DNA of 64,000 bases, taken from contig BTWA01000007.1 of NCBI GenBank assembly GCA_045863295.1, positions 136,469 through 200,468 on the forward strand, read 5' to 3'. Below, piece after piece: positions 57,370 through 64,000 of the stretch (position 1 is the first letter of the stretch; the number at the start of each line of letters is the position of its first letter). Source of the DNA: Candidatus Hydrogenedentota bacterium. GTDB lineage: Bacteria; Hydrogenedentota; Hydrogenedentia; Hydrogenedentales; SLHB01. The notes below the pieces were generated by a model. The model ran no database searches and was not told where the DNA came from. It saw nothing but the letters and a program-made list of their open reading frames with translations. Both the position numbers and the translations under genes were made by a program.

Positions 57370-57406
57370 CCACCCGTCATAAAGCTCAAAATATTGCGCA
57401 CTTACG

Positions 57407-57435
57407 TTGTTTTTTTATGCCCAATTTGCTACAAT
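57407..57435 (+). promoter_or_regulatory. Candidate gyrB promoter
   Basis: TTGTTT (57407-12), 17 nt, extended -10 TG-C-TACAAT (TACAAT at 57430-35) in an AT-rich spacer. Confidence 0.45.
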
Positions 57436-57437
57436 GA

Positions 57438-59957
<2,520 letters not shown>

Positions 59958-60023
59958 TTTATTGCGGAACCCGCGAGCCCGGCTTGATTCCGAAGGCCGC
60001 CTGCGAAACCGGTAACGAGGACC

Positions 60024-62540
60024 ATGGAAACTAAAGACGAACGCATACTGCCCATAGCCATCGAACAGGAAATGAAGACTTCATTCCTGGACTATTCCAT
60101 GAGCGTGATAGTCAGCCGTGCACTACCCGATGTGCGGGATGGATTAAAACCGGTTCACCGCCGCATCCTAACCGTGATGAACGATCTGGGTCTGCGCAGC
60201 AACCGGGCATACCGCAAATGCGCGGCCATCGTCGGCGACACGCTGGGCGGTTACCATCCCCATGGCGATCAATCCGTGTACGATGCCCTCGTACGGCTGG
60301 CGCAACCCTGGAATCTGCGCTATCCCCTGGTCGATGGCCAGGGTAACTTCGGCTCCATCGACGGCGACAGCGCGGCGGCCTATCGGTATACCGAAGCCCG
60401 CATGACCTCCGCCGCGGAAGAAATGTTGGCGGATCTGGAGCGGGGCACCGTCAACACTCAGCCAACCTATGACGATCGTAAACAGGAACCCACGGTGCTT
60501 CCGTCGGGCATTCCCAATCTGCTGGTCAATGGATCAACGGGCATTGCCGTGGGTATGGCCACCAACTGCCCTCCGCACAATCTGCGCGAAGTCTGCGATG
60601 CCGTGGTGCATCTTATCGATAATCCAGAAGCCCACGTACGGGATCTGATGCGGTTTGTAAAAGGTCCCGATTTTCCCACCGGCGGCATCATATACGGTAC
60701 GGAAGGGCTGCTGGCCGCATACAGCACCGGCCGTGGCAAAGTGCGCGTGCGTGCCCGCGTAGCGTTCGAACATGACAAGAGCAACGGCAAGGACAGCATC
60801 ATCGTTACCGAGATTCCATATCAGGTGAACAAAGGCCGTCTCATTGAAAACATCGCTGCTCTTGTACGTGCAAAGGAAATTGAAGGCATTACGGATCTGC
60901 GCGACGAATCCGACCGCGACGGTATGCGTATCGTAATTGAAATCCGTAAGGGCGACGAGCCGCAGGTGATTCTGAACCAACTTTTCAAGCAGACGCAGCT
61001 TCAAGATACATTTAGCATTATCATGCTTGCGCTCGTGAACAACATACCGCGCGTGCTGTCCCTGAAAGAGATGGTCGGCTTTTTCATCGAACACCGCATC
61101 GAAATCGTGCGGCGCCGGACCGAGTTTCTTTTGGCTGAAGCAGAGGCAAGGGCGCACATCGTCGAAGGTCTGCTCAAGGCAATTGATCATATCGATGAAG
61201 TCATTGCGATCATTCGCAGTTCCGCGGATACAGACACGGCCAAGGTAAATCTTATGAAAACGTTCGGGTTTTCGGATTTACAGGCCGACGCCATTCTGGC
61301 CATGCGACTGCGCCGTTTGACGGGGCTCGAGCGGGAAGAGCTCGAAAACGAATACGCCGAGCTTCTGAAGAAGATCGAAATGTATAAGCGTATCTTGTCT
61401 GGCCGGGGCACACTGCTCGCTGAAGTGCGTAAAGAAATTCTCGACGTAAAGGAAAAATACGGCGATGATCGCCGCACGCACCTGCTGAATGACGATGGCG
61501 AATTCACCATTGAAGATTTAATCGCCGACGAAGAAATGGTCGTCACCGTCACCAACGGGGGGTATATCAAGCGTACGCCCGTGGCCGCCTATCGCAAACA
61601 ACGGCGCGGCGGCAAGGGTGTTAGCGGAATGAATACCAAGGAAGAGGATTTCGTAAAGGATCTCTTCATTGCCTCGGCCCACCAATATCTCCTCTTCTTC
61701 AGCAGCAAGGGACGGGTCTATTGGCGCAAAGTGCACGAATTGCCGAAGCAAAGCCGCGCAGCGCGCGGACGTGCCATCGTAAATGTGTTGAGTCTCGACG
61801 GCGCAGAGTTTATCACTGCCTGCCTTCCGGTCTACGACCTCAAGGAAGAGGGCAAGATGGTGTTTATGGTCACCTCGCAAGGGGTGGTAAAAAAGACACC
61901 GCTGATGGCCTTCAGTAACCCGCGAACGGCCGGTATCATTGCGCTAGAGCTTGATGGCGGCGATGAACTCATCGACGTACAGATTACCTCGGGAGAAGAT
62001 AACATCCTGATCGCGACGTATTCGGGCATGTCCATTCGATTCCCTGAAAAAGATGTACGACCAATGGGCCGCACAGCGCGGGGCGTCATTGGCATCCGGC
62101 TGGAAAAGAACGATCGTGTAGTCGGCATGTCCATAGCCGCTGATGAGTCAACCGTACTTTGTGTGACCGAAAATGGATTCGGAAAACGTACTCAGGTCAG
62201 TGAATACCGGTTGCAGCATCGAGGCGGTTCCGGGATCATCAATATTAAGACCACGGAGCGCAATGGGAACGTGGTGGGAATGTTGACCGTCGATAATGAT
62301 GATGACATTGTCTTGGTAGCTACCGATGGGCAGACTATTCGCGCCGGGGTCAAAGACATTCGTGTCATTGGCCGAAATACCCAAGGCGTCAAGCTCATGA
62401 CTCTTCCCGAGGGTGCAAAAGTCAGTGCCGTTGGCAAGGCAGTCGCCGAATCCAAGGAAGACGCAGTGACAGGACCCATCGGAGCAGTGGACGACATCGG
62501 TGACGATGATGGCGATGAGGAAGACGCGAGCGCGGAGTGA
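60024..62540 (+). CDS. gyrA: DNA gyrase subunit A
   Basis: RALPDVRDGLKPVHRR; AAAYRYTEAR catalytic Tyr; GyrA box QRRGGKG; beta-pinwheel repeats; acidic tail. Confidence 0.98.
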   Translation: METKDERILPIAIEQEMKTSFLDYSMSVIVSRALPDVRDGLKPVHRRILTVMNDLGLRSNRAYRKCAAIVGDTLGGYHPHGDQSVYDALVRLAQPWNLRYPLVDGQGNFGSIDGDSAAAYRYTEARMTSAAEEMLADLERGTVNTQPTYDDRKQEPTVLPSGIPNLLVNGSTGIAVGMATNCPPHNLREVCDAVVHLIDNPEAHVRDLMRFVKGPDFPTGGIIYGTEGLLAAYSTGRGKVRVRARVAFEHDKSNGKDSIIVTEIPYQVNKGRLIENIAALVRAKEIEGITDLRDESDRDGMRIVIEIRKGDEPQVILNQLFKQTQLQDTFSIIMLALVNNIPRVLSLKEMVGFFIEHRIEIVRRRTEFLLAEAEARAHIVEGLLKAIDHIDEVIAIIRSSADTDTAKVNLMKTFGFSDLQADAILAMRLRRLTGLEREELENEYAELLKKIEMYKRILSGRGTLLAEVRKEILDVKEKYGDDRRTHLLNDDGEFTIEDLIADEEMVVTVTNGGYIKRTPVAAYRKQRRGGKGVSGMNTKEEDFVKDLFIASAHQYLLFFSSKGRVYWRKVHELPKQSRAARGRAIVNVLSLDGAEFITACLPVYDLKEEGKMVFMVTSQGVVKKTPLMAFSNPRTAGIIALELDGGDELIDVQITSGEDNILIATYSGMSIRFPEKDVRPMGRTARGVIGIRLEKNDRVVGMSIAADESTVLCVTENGFGKRTQVSEYRLQHRGGSGIINIKTTERNGNVVGMLTVDNDDDIVLVATDGQTIRAGVKDIRVIGRNTQGVKLMTLPEGAKVSAVGKAVAESKEDAVTGPIGAVDDIGDDDGDEEDASAE

Positions 62541-62778
62541 AAGGTGTAACACTTCAGACTCCGTGACCACGCTACGAACAATGCGTTGGATTCGTTATGC
62601 CCCGTTGCAGGACTGGGCGTCGAAGTCAGAGGTCGCGGAAGTAACGGAAAGAAGCAATGGTCAGGTCATCGCAAGTCGGTTGAGAAATTGCGTAGACCAT
62701 GGATGGGAAGCAATGCAGAAATAGGCCAAGCTTGTTTCACTCGGATGACTAAATCCCTGTCATGAGAGAGCCAATGAG

Positions 62779-63681
62779 TTAAATGGGCTTTTCCTCGTCG
62801 TATACAATTGGGAAGTTCTCGCCCTCAATAACCTCACCTTCCGGAATTGGCTTTGTGTGCACGAGTAAGGGCCGAGTCCCGTCTGCGCTGCGAGTCTCCG
62901 GATGCATATAATTCAAAACGACACCCCGCCGGGGCCGGTCAGAACCGTTGCCATACGATCCATGCAACGTCATGGAATGGTGAATTGAACACTCGCCCGC
63001 TTTCAGTTCCATCGGTACCTCGCTGAACTGCGCGCGTTGTTCGTCGGTCAGAATGTCCTTAATCGCCTCCATATTCTCCAACAACTGAAGCTTTGGCAAA
63101 AGCGGCCACCGGTGGCTTCCCGGCACGAAATGGATGCACCCATTCTCGACCGTCGTGTCGTCCAGGGCAATCCATACGGTAAGGTGCCGCTGCGGCACGG
63201 CACGAGTCCAATACGAGTAGTCCTGATGCCAAGCCACCACACCGGGATGACGGGCTGGCTTGTAGAAGACCTGGTCATGCCAAAATCGAACGCGTGGCGA
63301 GCCCAGCAATTGGCTTACCGGAATGGTGATCCGAGGGTGAAAAAGTACATCGTGAAACGCCTCGTCTATCAACCAGGCTCCCAGGAAGTGAAACACATTC
63401 TGATCCGGCGCCTTTTTCCACGCGTCGTCGACCTCGTACAATTCTTCCAGCCGCTCGTTTTCGCCACTTCGAATCCGCTCCAGTCCTGTTCGCAATGCGG
63501 CAATTTGCTCGTCGTTCAACACCCTGGGGCATTTTACGAAGCCTTGGGCATGATACTGCGCGACTGACTCGTCGGTCAGGCGGAAGTCCGTCCGTTGAGC
63601 GTCCGTCCGCAGCGACTCAAACAGCCGGCCGGCAAAGCCATGAATGGTTTTGTAAGGGATTGTGCTGGCCGACATATTCAC
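62779..63681 (-). CDS. Phytanoyl-CoA dioxygenase (PhyH) family dioxygenase
   Basis: WHQDYSYW; WIALDD...ENGC...VPGSH; HGSYGN.SDRPRR. Confidence 0.9.
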   Translation of the reverse strand: MNMSASTIPYKTIHGFAGRLFESLRTDAQRTDFRLTDESVAQYHAQGFVKCPRVLNDEQIAALRTGLERIRSGENERLEELYEVDDAWKKAPDQNVFHFLGAWLIDEAFHDVLFHPRITIPVSQLLGSPRVRFWHDQVFYKPARHPGVVAWHQDYSYWTRAVPQRHLTVWIALDDTTVENGCIHFVPGSHRWPLLPKLQLLENMEAIKDILTDEQRAQFSEVPMELKAGECSIHHSMTLHGSYGNGSDRPRRGVVLNYMHPETRSADGTRPLLVHTKPIPEGEVIEGENFPIVYDEEKPI

Positions 63682-63775
63682 GGTCTCCTGTTTTGTGTCT
63701 GAATTCGATGCCCGCCCGCCTGAAACGTCACATGCTGCCCCAAATCAAGCAAAGTATCAACGCGGACCATACGGA

Positions 63776-64000
63776 TCAACCTGTTTTGACATCTGCCACC
63801 AGACTCGAAAAGCTGCCCCGCTCAAATACGATGGCAGTCAGTATGAACCGGCTCGTGTGGCTCACCAGAATGGACAACCAGATAGTGCTCGTCGACAAGA
63901 CGCCCATCCACTGGAATATCCAACAGAGGCCGAGCAGGATGCCTATCTGCGTTACCATGGCGATTACCATGGGCTTAAACGTGTCCCCCGCACCAATCAA
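63776..64000 (-). CDS. MATE family efflux transporter, C-terminal fragment (truncated by window edge)
   Basis: GAGDT..PM motif followed by two TM helices with IW. Confidence 0.7.
   Translation of the reverse strand: MIGAGDTFKPMVIAMVTQIGILLGLCWIFQWMGVLSTSTIWLSILVSHTSRFILTAIVFERGSFSSLVADVKTG

Noticed and set aside
62541..62778. Intergenic region after gyrA with partial complementarity (TCCGTGACC/GGTCGCGGA)
   Set aside because: The pairing is short and no known RNA family or promoter was recognisable, so support is insufficient.

Overview
A GC-rich bacterial chromosomal window with about 50 intact genes. The gene content (DUF1549/DUF1553 + DUF1501 pair, Tat-exported sulfatases, DUF1080, TIGR04073, many secreted beta-propellers) suggests a PVC-like or Hydrogenedentota-like organism; this taxonomy is inference only. 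Positions 1-43.6 kb are mostly secreted or periplasmic catabolic enzymes and two signalling clusters. Positions 43.7-62.5 kb hold housekeeping genes (xerC, cinA, recF, dciA-like, gyrB, gyrA). The standout is a ~2.2 kb, partly lower-GC cassette between xerC and cinA. It consists of a sigma70 promoter, a ~400-nt highly structured non-coding region, a small helical ORF, an XRE HTH gene and a retron-type reverse transcriptase, i.e. a type VI (HTH-associated)-like retron defence system. The 5' end of the non-coding RNA is complementary to sequences flanking and inside the start of the small ORF, which suggests RNA-structure-based translational silencing of a toxin. Secondary observations are a small-ORF + nucleotidyltransferase TA-like pair, a structured leader upstream of rsgA, a degenerate PncC domain in CinA, an interrupted recF-dciA-gyrB cluster and a Gln at the GyrA Ser83-equivalent position. 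All calls were made by eye from motifs; no database searches or folding programs were run.
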